From Chloroflexota bacterium (GTDB taxonomy: Bacteria > Chloroflexota > Dehalococcoidia > CAUJGQ01), in NCBI GenBank assembly GCA_036741355.1, contig DAINSK010000013.1:2349-66348 (forward strand): 64,000 nucleotides of DNA, given 5' to 3'. How positions within the stretch are numbered: position 1 is the stretch's first letter; every line of letters starts with the position of its first letter. Made by a program: the position numbers and the translations under genes. The notes under the pieces are model-generated. The model saw nothing but the letters and a program-made list of their open reading frames with translations. It was not told where the DNA came from and made no database searches. Of the stretch, positions 46,685 to 56,411 are shown one piece after another.

Positions 46685-48964
46685 ATGTCCGTTCACCACA
46701 AATGGTGGCTGATCGGCGCATGGGTAGTCCTGCTCGCCGTGTCGGCGGTCGGCGCCTCCAAGCTGGAACGTGCGTTGAAAGTCGGCGGGTTTAGCCTGCC
46801 CGGCACCGAGTTCAACACGACCTCGAAAGTCCTCTCCAACGACCTCAACATATCGTCAGATAAATCTGCGGACGTGGTCTTCCATTCGAATCGGTACCTC
46901 GTTACGGACCGGGTCTTCTATGACGCTGTTGATGGAGTCGTCAAGAAGCTCCAACAGGTCCCGTATGTGACCAAAATCGACACGCTGTATAGTACTGGAA
47001 TCCCGGATTTCGTCAGCCGCGACAACCGAACCACTTATGCGTTGGTCACGCTTACGGGCAGCGAAGAGCAACTGGAGCGCGCGACACCTGATCTGCGCCG
47101 GCTAGTGCAGTCGAAAGACATCACCGTCTATCTGATCGGCCAGGCGGCGGCCAACTACGACATCCAATCCGCGAGCGTCAGCGACCTGGTGGCTGTCGAA
47201 CGGTTCACGTTTCCGGTCATCTTCCTGCTACTGGTGCTCGTTTTTGGCTCCGTAGTGGCAGCCGGCATCCCGCTCGTTCTCGGTGCTGCCGGTGTATCCG
47301 CCTCGCTGGCAGTCTTGTTCATCATCGCCCAATTCACCGACCTATCGATCTTCGCGCTCAATACGGCCTCGATGATCGGTCTGGGCTTGGCGGTCGACTT
47401 TTCGCTGATCATGGTCAGCCGCTTCCGTGAAGAGCTGGCACACGCGCCGGTGCCCGAGGCGTTGGAGCGCACACTGCAAACCGCGGGACGTTCAATCACG
47501 TTCTCGGGGGTCACGCTAATCCTGACGATGTCGGTGCTGACCCTCTTCCCCATCACCGTGATCCGCTCCATCGCGCTGGCGATCATGGTGGTCGGGGCAA
47601 TTGCCGTACTCACCGGCTTGCTGCTGCTCCCACCGCTGCTCGCTGCGCTTGGTACGCACGTGAACAGCCTCAACGTGCGCCGCCTCCTGCCGGGGCTCAA
47701 TCGTAACCGCGACGGAATGTGGCGGAGCTGGGCGCACGCAGTCATGCGCAGGCCGTGGGTCAGTATCATCGCGGCGCTGCTCGTGCTTGGGTTGTTGGCG
47801 CTTCCCGCCGGCTGGATGCGGCGCACGGGCGTGACCGTCCAGGTGCTGCCGAAGGATAGCGAGTCCCGCCTGGCGTACGAGCTGATACAACGCCAGTTTG
47901 GTCTGGGTGAGCCGGGGCCGCTGTTCGTGGTTGTTCAAGCGAACCGGCAAAACGGAATCTGGACGCCGAGCGTCCTGAAAGGGATTTACGACCTCCATAC
48001 CCACCTGGAGGCGGATCCACGGGTCGCGCATGTGCAGTCCTTGGCGAGCCTCGTCCCGAATCCGTCGTCCGACTGGATCCAGTCGCTTTCGCCGGCCACG
48101 ATCAACTCCAATACGGACCGCAAGCGGATCGCAGAGCGTCTGGTGAACTTGGCCGGTGCGAACACAACCACGACATTGATCGTCTATCCCCGCTACCGTG
48201 AGACCGACCCCAAGACCGTGGATTTAATGAAGGATCTACGGGCGCATGCGACAACGTGGGCACCGGGTTTGAAGGGCGCGCGAGTGCTTGTGGGAGGTTC
48301 TCCGGCGCAGCACTACGATTTCGACAAGGTAGTGTACGACCAGTTTCCGCTGCTTCTTGGGCTCAGCCTGGTGGTGACGTTCGCCATCCTGATGCTGTTC
48401 TTCCATTCATTAATCCTGCCGGTCAAGGCGATCTTGTTGAACCTCGCCTCGATCGTCGCCAGCTACGGTGTCCTCGTGCTGGTCTTCCAGTTCGGCGTTG
48501 GTGACTCCCTCCTCCGCTTTCACTCGATTGGAGCTGTGCTCTCGTACACGCCGGTGCTACTCTTCTCGATCCTGTTTGGCCTCAGCACCGACTATGAGGT
48601 CTTCTTGCTAACCCGTGTGCGCGAGAGCTACCTACAAGGCAGCACGAATGAGGAGGCGGTCGCGCACGGGCTGGAGCGGACCGCCGGCGTGATCACCGCG
48701 GCCGGCCTGATCATGATCGCGGTCTTCGGGTCATTCGCGCTGACTGGAGTGCTGGTAATCAAGGAGATCGGCTTCGGCCTCGCCGTCGCGGTCCTGATCG
48801 ATACGACGCTGGTCCGGATTGTGCTCGTGCCGGCCGCGATGAAGCTCATGGGCGACTGGAACTGGTGGATGCCGAAAGCGCTCGGTCGCCTTGTACCTGA
48901 AATCGAAGAGGGTGAGATTCGCCCGCCAACCAAGCCTGCCGGGGCACCGGTGGGCGGCTCATGA
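46685..48964 (+). CDS. MmpL-family RND transporter
   Basis: Two TM bundles; GLGLAVDFSL, GLSTDYEVF and DWNWWMP. Confidence 0.94.
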   Translation: MSVHHKWWLIGAWVVLLAVSAVGASKLERALKVGGFSLPGTEFNTTSKVLSNDLNISSDKSADVVFHSNRYLVTDRVFYDAVDGVVKKLQQVPYVTKIDTLYSTGIPDFVSRDNRTTYALVTLTGSEEQLERATPDLRRLVQSKDITVYLIGQAAANYDIQSASVSDLVAVERFTFPVIFLLLVLVFGSVVAAGIPLVLGAAGVSASLAVLFIIAQFTDLSIFALNTASMIGLGLAVDFSLIMVSRFREELAHAPVPEALERTLQTAGRSITFSGVTLILTMSVLTLFPITVIRSIALAIMVVGAIAVLTGLLLLPPLLAALGTHVNSLNVRRLLPGLNRNRDGMWRSWAHAVMRRPWVSIIAALLVLGLLALPAGWMRRTGVTVQVLPKDSESRLAYELIQRQFGLGEPGPLFVVVQANRQNGIWTPSVLKGIYDLHTHLEADPRVAHVQSLASLVPNPSSDWIQSLSPATINSNTDRKRIAERLVNLAGANTTTTLIVYPRYRETDPKTVDLMKDLRAHATTWAPGLKGARVLVGGSPAQHYDFDKVVYDQFPLLLGLSLVVTFAILMLFFHSLILPVKAILLNLASIVASYGVLVLVFQFGVGDSLLRFHSIGAVLSYTPVLLFSILFGLSTDYEVFLLTRVRESYLQGSTNEEAVAHGLERTAGVITAAGLIMIAVFGSFALTGVLVIKEIGFGLAVAVLIDTTLVRIVLVPAAMKLMGDWNWWMPKALGRLVPEIEEGEIRPPTKPAGAPVGGS

Positions 48965-49552
48965 GATCAGCGCCGCCGCAGCTGCCGCAGGACGAGCCCC
49001 GCGAGGCCCGCAACGGCCAGGCCGGGGGCGACCCGGCTCCGGCGCAGCTCGTTGTTGAGATGATACGGGCCGCGCAGGCGCGCAACCGCCACGCGCACCC
49101 GTTGGCGAGCACGATCATATTCTTTTTTCGACCACGAAGGTAGTACGAACAAGTGTCAATAATCGACGGAGGTTTTGTGCCCACCCGAAGCGGGGCCCGG
49201 CTGTTGACAACCTTCCGAAGACGCCGGATGCTGTGAGGAACAGCCGCACAACGAGGGGCACGATGCTCACATCAATCGCGTCGGCGCCGGCACCAGGCTG
49301 GGCGACATCTTGTTGATTACCGGACGGGGTGCGACGGCAACCGTCCGCGTTGCCACGGACATCGACTTGCTCGTGTGCAGCGATGCCGAGTTCGAGCGCA
49401 GCGCCGCTGATTTCCCGATCCTTTACCACAACTTGGGCGCGATACTTGCCGAGCGACTGGCACGCTCGAGCCGGCATACGGTTCGCGACACGCTGCCGCA
49501 CCGTCCTGCGTTTGTCCGGGAGGTCCCGGTTGGAGAACGAAAACATGGCTAG
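48961..49552 (+). pseudogene. Frameshifted stand-alone cNMP-binding-domain gene
   Basis: ATGA-coupled to mmpL. Pieces in different frames read HPLASTIIF, VSIIDGGFV and INRVGAGTRLGDILLITG...FPILYHNLGAILAERLARS, similar to the patatin cNMP domain. Confidence 0.65.
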
Positions 49553-50045
49553 CAATTCGCACCCGGAGCCGCCGGCAGGTTCGATCAGGCGTCTGGAGTT
49601 CCCTACTCTGCTGCCGGCCCCGATAGCGGACGTCTGGCGTATCACGACCGACTTCGACTTTGTCGTGTATCTGATGAAGCCCTGGTTTACCATCACCTAC
49701 GACAAGAGCGGCGGTGGTCACCTGCTCGCAGGTGGTTGGACCCGAGATACCGATTGGAAGTTGTTCGGAATCATTCCCTACGGCCGGTGGCACGAGCAGA
49801 TCATCGAGTGGAACCCGCCCCATCGGTTCGTCGATCTGATCGGCGGCTCACCATTCAAATTCTGGCGACATTCCCACATCTATGAGGAGCGTGGAACAAG
49901 TACTCTGTATACCGATAGCATGGAGATCGACCCCGGATGGATGGGCGCCACCGCTATTTGGTGCACAAGACTGCTCTGGATCCCGCGCAGGCGCAAGCTT
50001 CGCCAATACTTCGAGAAGCGCCACCTGGCGTCACAGTCGAAATAG
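49545..50045 (+). CDS. SRPBCC/START-fold protein
   Basis: LPAPIADVW...WHEQI...PHRFVD...PFKFWRHSH pattern. Confidence 0.8.
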   Translation: MASNSHPEPPAGSIRRLEFPTLLPAPIADVWRITTDFDFVVYLMKPWFTITYDKSGGGHLLAGGWTRDTDWKLFGIIPYGRWHEQIIEWNPPHRFVDLIGGSPFKFWRHSHIYEERGTSTLYTDSMEIDPGWMGATAIWCTRLLWIPRRRKLRQYFEKRHLASQSK

Positions 50046-50083
50046 ACTCTGCCGCAGTAGGCACGTAGAAGGGAGAATCAGAA

Positions 50084-51352
50084 GTGTCGCTTGCAACCAT
50101 CACGCGCAAGATTGGTGCACCGATCCTGCTCACTCGAGAACGGCTGGAATCTGGCGTGAGCTACAACCTGCTCTCCAAGGAGCAACGCGCTAATCCCTAT
50201 CCCACGTATCGCCAGCTTCGGACCAAGGATCCGGTTCACTGGAGCGAGCTCGCGCAGGCATGGTTCCTCTCGCGTTACAGCGACGTTGTGAAGGTGATGA
50301 GCGATCCACGATTCTCGGTGGTAGGCGCACTTGAGAAGTCGAATAAGCGGATGGGAGTGAATTGGGACTCGAAGAGCCCGTTCATTCGTGTGAGCTCGCG
50401 CTGGATGTTGATGGTGGATCCGCCGGACCACACGAGACTGCGAGGCCTGATCAATAAGGCGCTGACGCCGCGTGCGGTAGAGCGGATGCGGCAGCGCATC
50501 ACCGAAGTAACCAATAGCCTCCTCGACGTTGTCCAGGACAATGGGCGCATGGATGCAGTCGGTGCCTTCGGCGATCCAATGCCGGTGATCGTCTTTGCGA
50601 GCTTCTTCGGTCTGCCGCCGGAGGACCATCAACAGCTCAAACTCTGGGCCAACACTATTGGCAAGGCAATCGATCCGGTCTTCGGGCCCGAGTTGCTGCA
50701 GCGCATCGATCAGGCTGTGGGCGAGGCGATCCAGTACTTCCAGGACCGGATTGAGGAACGCAGGCGGGATCCGCATGACGACCTGCTGAGCGCGCTCGTG
50801 GCCGCGGAGGACGCGGGCGAAAAGCTCAGCCAAGAAGAGCTGATGTCGACCTGCATCTTGCTGCTGGTTGCCGGCACCGAGACCACCACCAATCTCATCG
50901 GTAACAGCATCTACGCGCTGCTGCGCAATCCGGGCCAGATGCGGCGGCTGCGAGAGGATCCGTCGTTGATCGAGACGGCGGTGGAGGAATTTTTGCGCTA
51001 CGAGACGCCCGTGCAACTCACCGGGCGCGTGGCCGGCGAGGACGTGGAGATCCGCGGTAAGCGGATCCGCCAAGGCCAGCCGGTGGGCCTGCTCATGGGC
51101 GCCGCGAATCGCGACCCGGACGAATTCAAGCACCCCGACCAACTGGATATAGGCCGCACTCCAGATCGCCATTCGGCGTTCAGCTTCGGCCCGCACTACT
51201 GCGTCGGGTCACCGCTCGCCCGCCTGGAAGCGCAAGTCGCGATTACCACGCTGCTGGAGCGCATGCCGAAGCTGCAATTACGCACCAGCGACTTTGAGTG
51301 GCGCGATACGCTTAATAACCGCGGCTTGAAGACGTTGCCGGTTGTGTTTTAG
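50084..51352 (+). CDS. Cytochrome P450
   Basis: DPPDHTRLR, AGTETT, EFLR and FSFGPHYCVG. Confidence 0.96.
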   Translation: MSLATITRKIGAPILLTRERLESGVSYNLLSKEQRANPYPTYRQLRTKDPVHWSELAQAWFLSRYSDVVKVMSDPRFSVVGALEKSNKRMGVNWDSKSPFIRVSSRWMLMVDPPDHTRLRGLINKALTPRAVERMRQRITEVTNSLLDVVQDNGRMDAVGAFGDPMPVIVFASFFGLPPEDHQQLKLWANTIGKAIDPVFGPELLQRIDQAVGEAIQYFQDRIEERRRDPHDDLLSALVAAEDAGEKLSQEELMSTCILLLVAGTETTTNLIGNSIYALLRNPGQMRRLREDPSLIETAVEEFLRYETPVQLTGRVAGEDVEIRGKRIRQGQPVGLLMGAANRDPDEFKHPDQLDIGRTPDRHSAFSFGPHYCVGSPLARLEAQVAITTLLERMPKLQLRTSDFEWRDTLNNRGLKTLPVVF

Positions 51353-51460
51353 CCACATGCGGGAATCACGGTCTCAAGGCGCTGACTGTTAGCGCTCATT
51401 CGGTTACCGTTCGTGCTCGTGTCGCTGCGCGCCGGCGCGGCTTCCAATGGGAGGCTTGTC

Positions 51461-52258
51461 GTGAACCTGCAGGGGAAGGTCGTGATGGTTACGGGCGCGT
51501 CACGCGGCATCGGGCGGCTGGTTTCCATGCGGCTCGCCCAGAAGGGTGCGCTGCTGGCCCTCGTGGCACGCAACAAAGCGGCGCTCGAGTCCGTGGCGAG
51601 TGAGGCGCAGCAGCTACGGAAGACGGAGATCCTCACAGTGGGCGCCGATCTCACCGCGCTGGCAGAGGCTCGCGGCGCCGTCGATGCCACGATTGCACGG
51701 TTCGGCCGGATCGACGTGCTGGTGAATAACGCCGGCATGACCAACGGCCATGACTTCTTGCACTCCACGCCGGAAGCGCTGGCCCAGACGTGCGATGTCA
51801 ACGTTCGCGCGGTCGTGCTCATGACCCGGCTGGTGGCTGATCACATGGTGGAACAGCGGTTCGGCCATATCCTGAACATGTCGTCGCTCGCGGGCGTCGC
51901 CGGCATGCCCGGCGAGGCGACCTACTCGGGCACCAAGGCGGCGGTGCGGCTGTTCACCGCGTCGCTGCGTAAGGAGCTTGCACCGCACGGTATTCGGCTG
52001 ACGGACATGACCCTCGGCCCCACCAGCACCGAGCTGCTCGAATCGCTCGAATCCAATCGTTATACCCACGGTATGCTGGAAGGCGGGCGCAGGCTCGGCG
52101 CGTTCGCCAACCTGAAACCGGAGCGGGTGGCAGATGCCGTGGTGAAGGCGATCGAGCAGCAAAAGTCGCTTGTGATCCTGCCAACGCGCGCCTGGTTCGT
52201 CTTTATGCCCTTCCAGGGTCTCACCCGCGCGGTGTCGCAGCTCCTCACACCATCCTGA
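51461..52258 (+). CDS. Short-chain dehydrogenase/reductase
   Basis: TGASRGIG, NNAG and YSGTK. Confidence 0.94.
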   Translation: MNLQGKVVMVTGASRGIGRLVSMRLAQKGALLALVARNKAALESVASEAQQLRKTEILTVGADLTALAEARGAVDATIARFGRIDVLVNNAGMTNGHDFLHSTPEALAQTCDVNVRAVVLMTRLVADHMVEQRFGHILNMSSLAGVAGMPGEATYSGTKAAVRLFTASLRKELAPHGIRLTDMTLGPTSTELLESLESNRYTHGMLEGGRRLGAFANLKPERVADAVVKAIEQQKSLVILPTRAWFVFMPFQGLTRAVSQLLTPS

Positions 52259-52347
52259 ATTCCTGAATGTGGTACTCTGAGGGCGCACTGCCCGAGGAGC
52301 AAACCGCCTAAAACGGTCGCACAGAGGGCGAATTGCGAGGTCTACCT

Positions 52348-52860
52348 GTGACCGACCGCCGAGACCGATGCACCGAACGCCCCTCCGATGGACCGCGGGC
52401 ATCCCTATGGTATTGGGGCAGGCACACAGGCTTCGTCCGCTCGATGGGGCGCTTCCTTGTCATCTGGGCCGCGCGGCGGATGCCCCTCTTCCGGCTCAAG
52501 AATTGGATGTATCGTGTGCTCCTCGGGGCGAACGTCCACGAACACGCGACGATAGGCCTCGAGGCAACGCTCGATTGGTTCTACCCGAGCCTTATCACGA
52601 TTGGCGAGGACGCAGTGGTCGGCTACAACACTACCATTCTCTGTCACGAATACCTGACCGACCGCTACCGCACGGGTCCCGTCGTCATTGAACGGCGCGC
52701 AACCATTGGCGCGAACTGCATGCTCCTCCCAGGCGTCGTCGTGGGCGAGGGCGCGATCGTAAGCGCGATGAGCCTCGTGAACCACGATGTACCTCCGGGC
52801 GAGTTCTGGGGTGGCGTGCCGGCCCGGCTACTGAGGAAGATGGAGCTCGGCGTCCAGTAG
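52348..52860 (+). CDS. Hexapeptide-repeat acyltransferase (YvoF-like)
   Basis: ITIGEDAVVGYNTTILCHE, ATIGANCMLLPGV and GGVPA. Confidence 0.9.
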   Translation: MTDRRDRCTERPSDGPRASLWYWGRHTGFVRSMGRFLVIWAARRMPLFRLKNWMYRVLLGANVHEHATIGLEATLDWFYPSLITIGEDAVVGYNTTILCHEYLTDRYRTGPVVIERRATIGANCMLLPGVVVGEGAIVSAMSLVNHDVPPGEFWGGVPARLLRKMELGVQ

Positions 52861-53040
52861 GCAGACCTCTCCGATCCCACTGTCCCTCTCTTCCCCAGGT
52901 TTCTGCCAGAGGTCGCGCGGCCGCTGAGCGAGCAGGAATGGAGCACGCGGCACCGTTGTTGAATCGCCGGCCGGCTGTACCGGCCAGATGCAGGTAGCGT
53001 TGGTCTGGCGATCGCTCCCTCGAGCACTGGAGGTTGCGGC

Positions 53041-53592
53041 ATGTCGATAGAAACCAACAAGCTCGCGGTCCGCCGGTACTTCGATGAGATCTGGAACGAG
53101 GGGCACCTCGAGCTGATTGACACCCTCTTCACTGACGATTACCGCGGCAACATATCGATCTATGCAGACAAGCCGGTTGTCGGACGAGAGGGTATGCGCG
53201 AGCTGGTTGCGATGTTCCTCTCCGGCTTCCCTGACTTCCGTGCGACCGTACTCGAACAGGTGGGTGAGGGGGATACGGTCGTTACCCAATGGACAGGCCA
53301 AGGGACGCACGAGGGCGATATAATGGGCGTCCCCCTTACGCACAAAGTGGCGACCATCCAAGGGGTGATGATCGCGCACTTTGCCAACGGCCAGATGGTC
53401 CGTGTTCGTTGCACGTTTGACGTCCTGAGCCTGGTACAACAGCTCGGCTTTGCGCCTTCTCTCGACCTGGCTCAGACGCCGGTGGGCCGCGCGGCATTCT
53501 GGCTGCTCGCGCGGCGCAGGCAGGTGGTGATCGCGGGTGCCGCGACCGCCGGGCTGGTTGCCTTAAAGCTGCGCCTGGGGCGCACGCGTTGA
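53041..53592 (+). CDS. SnoaL-like ester cyclase with C-terminal membrane tail
   Basis: FPDFRAT...EGDTV...GTHEG plus a hydrophobic/basic tail. Confidence 0.88.
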   Translation: MSIETNKLAVRRYFDEIWNEGHLELIDTLFTDDYRGNISIYADKPVVGREGMRELVAMFLSGFPDFRATVLEQVGEGDTVVTQWTGQGTHEGDIMGVPLTHKVATIQGVMIAHFANGQMVRVRCTFDVLSLVQQLGFAPSLDLAQTPVGRAAFWLLARRRQVVIAGAATAGLVALKLRLGRTR

Positions 53593-53672
53593 ACACTCCC
53601 GTCGTGAATAGGCTTTGCCCTCCGCGCGGACCGCGCCATGGGCAGTATCGCGGAGCTGCGCGGCCACCGGCT

Positions 53673-54287
53673 CTAGGTGCTGTCCGCGGATGATCGGGAG
53701 CGCGCGCGGCGCAGCAGCCGGGTAAGCACAAGGCCCAGGACGGCCACACCACCGGCGATACCCGCCACACGCGCCCGCTTGACCGCCATCCAGAGGGCAA
53801 GTTTGCCTACGCTCGTGGATGCCAACGCAAGCGGCGGCAACAGGCCGACCTGCCGCAGGACAATGCCCGAGTCAAAATAGAAGTTGTCACGGGCGAATTT
53901 ACCGTCCCGCATCTCGACCATGCTCATGCCCGCGATCTCCACTGCGCGCCCGGTAGGCGGTACACCCATGAACGGACCAAGGTGCGTGCCTTGCATGATC
54001 CAACGCTCTGCGACGGTGTTTCCGCGCACGATCTTGTCCGTTACGCTGAACCGCAGGTCTGGAAAGGCGGTGAAGAGCCGAACGAGAAACTCCTCAACCT
54101 GCTCCTTTCCTTCATAGATCTCCTCCAACGCCACGTTACGCCAGGTAATGTCGTCATTGTAGTATGCGAGTACACCAGCAACGTTCTGCGTGTTCCAGAA
54201 GGCGAGAACGTCGGTCACGGCTTCGAGATTGCGTTGCTCAGTGTCCGTGAGTGCTGCGCTCTCCACGTGTGCGTCCGCCAGCGTCAT
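53673..54287 (-). CDS. SnoaL-like ester cyclase with C-terminal membrane tail
   Basis: FPDLRF...GNTV...GTHLGPFMG...YFD plus a hydrophobic/basic tail. Confidence 0.88.
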   Translation of the reverse strand: MTLADAHVESAALTDTEQRNLEAVTDVLAFWNTQNVAGVLAYYNDDITWRNVALEEIYEGKEQVEEFLVRLFTAFPDLRFSVTDKIVRGNTVAERWIMQGTHLGPFMGVPPTGRAVEIAGMSMVEMRDGKFARDNFYFDSGIVLRQVGLLPPLALASTSVGKLALWMAVKRARVAGIAGGVAVLGLVLTRLLRRARSRSSADST

Positions 54288-54396
54288 CTCAGAATTCCTC
54301 ACTCCCGTTGTTGAGCACAATCGACCAGCAGGATACCGCGTTTCTTGCAGGCTGCGAACAATACTGCATGGGTGTCTCCCACGGTACCGCCTCTGC

Positions 54397-54990
54397 CTAC
54401 TTTGCCAATGCCTTCCGGAGACGTGAAAGCGACACCGCGGTAATTACAGCGCCGGCGATCGCAGGGAGAAACCGTTTCCCCTTAACAGCCACCCAGAGGG
54501 CAGCGCGACCTGGAGGAGAAAAGGTCGCGGTTAGGGAAGGCATGAGTCCCAACTGGCGAAGAATCATGCTGTTATCAAAGTAGCACCAATCACTCAAAAC
54601 TTTGCCGTTCCGCATCACGATCGCCGTATGACAGGGAATCTCGGCGGTTCTTTTGGTAGCGGGCAGGCCATAGAAGGTATTGCTATGTGTACCGTACATG
54701 CGAAATTCGACCGAAACGTTATCACCCCGCACGATGATACTGCTCGGATCATAGAGAAGGTCGGGGAAAGCGGCAAAGAGATCCCCAAGGAATGGACGGA
54801 TCTCATCCTTCCCCCGGTATGGCTCCTCCATCGGGATGTCGAACCACTCCATGTCCTCGTCCATACAGGACAGCATCCCGTCGATGTCCTGGGCATTAAG
54901 TGCCTCGATCATCTGAAGGACGGTGCGCAAGTTATGCTGCTCTGTCTCAGTGAGTTCAGACGCAACCGATATCATAGCCGTGGACACCAT
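54397..54990 (-). CDS. SnoaL-like ester cyclase with C-terminal membrane tail
   Basis: FPDLLY...GDNV...GTHS...YFD plus a hydrophobic/basic tail. Confidence 0.88.
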   Translation of the reverse strand: MVSTAMISVASELTETEQHNLRTVLQMIEALNAQDIDGMLSCMDEDMEWFDIPMEEPYRGKDEIRPFLGDLFAAFPDLLYDPSSIIVRGDNVSVEFRMYGTHSNTFYGLPATKRTAEIPCHTAIVMRNGKVLSDWCYFDNSMILRQLGLMPSLTATFSPPGRAALWVAVKGKRFLPAIAGAVITAVSLSRLRKALAK

Positions 54991-55414
54991 GTCTGCTCCT
55001 TATAGTCAACGATTCGCAGCCGAGGGCGCAGTGCAATGCCATGGATTCCCGGCATGAAGTTAAACCCCGCTCGTGTCTGCGGCAAGGCGGCGCAGCATAG
55101 GATCGTGCTTCATGCGGCGGAGGCTGTACCCCTTCCCGGGGATAGTACCATGGGGCGCCAGCGACTCCCGGCCTGGCCCGAGCCACGGCTGTGGGTTTCC
55201 CGTACCCTCCAGTCGTGTCGCTCTGCCTCGAATCCGCATTCTACAGCGCAGCGGGCAGACGATGTCCAGCGAAAGGCCGGCAATCGAGTAAACTGCGGTG
55301 TGCCCATGCATCAAGCTGATTGCGCCGGTGCTGGTGCGTCTATAGTATTGTCGGAAGTAGCATTGTCTCTCCAGCAACTGTCGGCTGCCATGAAATGCCG
55401 AGGGTACCTCTACC

Positions 55415-56095
55415 ATGTCTTCCACCGTTCGAACGGTCACGCTGAGGACTCTGCTTTTCGCGCTCGTGCATACTGTCCTCGCCAGCAATTGGTCGAAGCG
55501 GCGCGTTGAGAGAACCTTTGGCCGTCGGGATCGTAATGGACTATATCGCTTCGGCTATAACAATATATCCATCGTGTCGGCCGTCGTACTGTTCTGGAGC
55601 TTCACGAAACTACCCGATAAGGTCGTCTACCGAGTGCCAGGCCCATGGTCCTTATTGATGCGCCTCGGACAGCTGTTTGGCGTAGGGCTGATGCTCGACA
55701 CCAACCGCCGCGTCGGGGTCGGCCGATTCTCGGGGATGAGTGGTGTGCTGGACCTCATCAAGGGACGCGACCCGTCGCCGGAGCCACCGGCACAGGGGCC
55801 GCGTCTGGACGGCGGCCCTTCTGCCACCGGCGGCGCCTTCCGTGTTTCTCGCCATCCCAACAACCTAGGGCCTACGCTGATCGCGTGCCTGCAACCGACG
55901 ATGACCGAGACCCGGCTGACCTTCGCCGTGGTTGGCTCGCTGTACGCGGTGTTTGGCTCGATCCTCGAGGAGCGACGAGCGCGCGCAGCGTACGGCGCCG
56001 CGTACGACGCCTACCGCTCGCAGACACCCTATTTCTTCCCGTTGCCGCATCTCCTGAAGCGCGGAGCCTCGCAGCCTCTTAGCCCCTCGCGCTGA
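55415..56095 (+). CDS. ICMT/NnrU/nurim-like membrane methyltransferase family protein
   Basis: FALVHTVLAS, SRHP, EERR and YDAYRSQTPYFFP. Confidence 0.75.
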   Translation: MSSTVRTVTLRTLLFALVHTVLASNWSKRRVERTFGRRDRNGLYRFGYNNISIVSAVVLFWSFTKLPDKVVYRVPGPWSLLMRLGQLFGVGLMLDTNRRVGVGRFSGMSGVLDLIKGRDPSPEPPAQGPRLDGGPSATGGAFRVSRHPNNLGPTLIACLQPTMTETRLTFAVVGSLYAVFGSILEERRARAAYGAAYDAYRSQTPYFFPLPHLLKRGASQPLSPSR

Positions 56096-56411
56096 ACCAT
56101 CGCTGCCCGCAAGCGCCGTAGGAGCTAATTAGCCCCAAGCCGCCTGATGCCTTGCCGCACTCCGTGCTATACGGAGGCTGCCCGTCCGTAATCGGCACGA
56201 GAAGATCCAGGGGCCGCACTACGTCGATCACCGCGCTCCAACCTGCTACCATGTGCTCCGCTTGGGACTGGACATGAGCCCAGCCGGCAGAGCTGATGCG
56301 TAGGCTGGTAGCGGTGTACCAGTCGAATCAGTTCAGTTTCGCGACCGGTGCTTATGGGAGAGGCAGTTCGCCGCCGGGGCATTGTGCACGGCCAGCAGAA
56401 AGGTGCGAACC

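Noticed and set aside
48967-49152. Minus-strand ORF with a hydrophobic/basic tail like the SnoaL tails
   Set aside because: TTG start without RBS, and antisense to the ATGA-coupled cNMP pseudogene; probably a shadow ORF.
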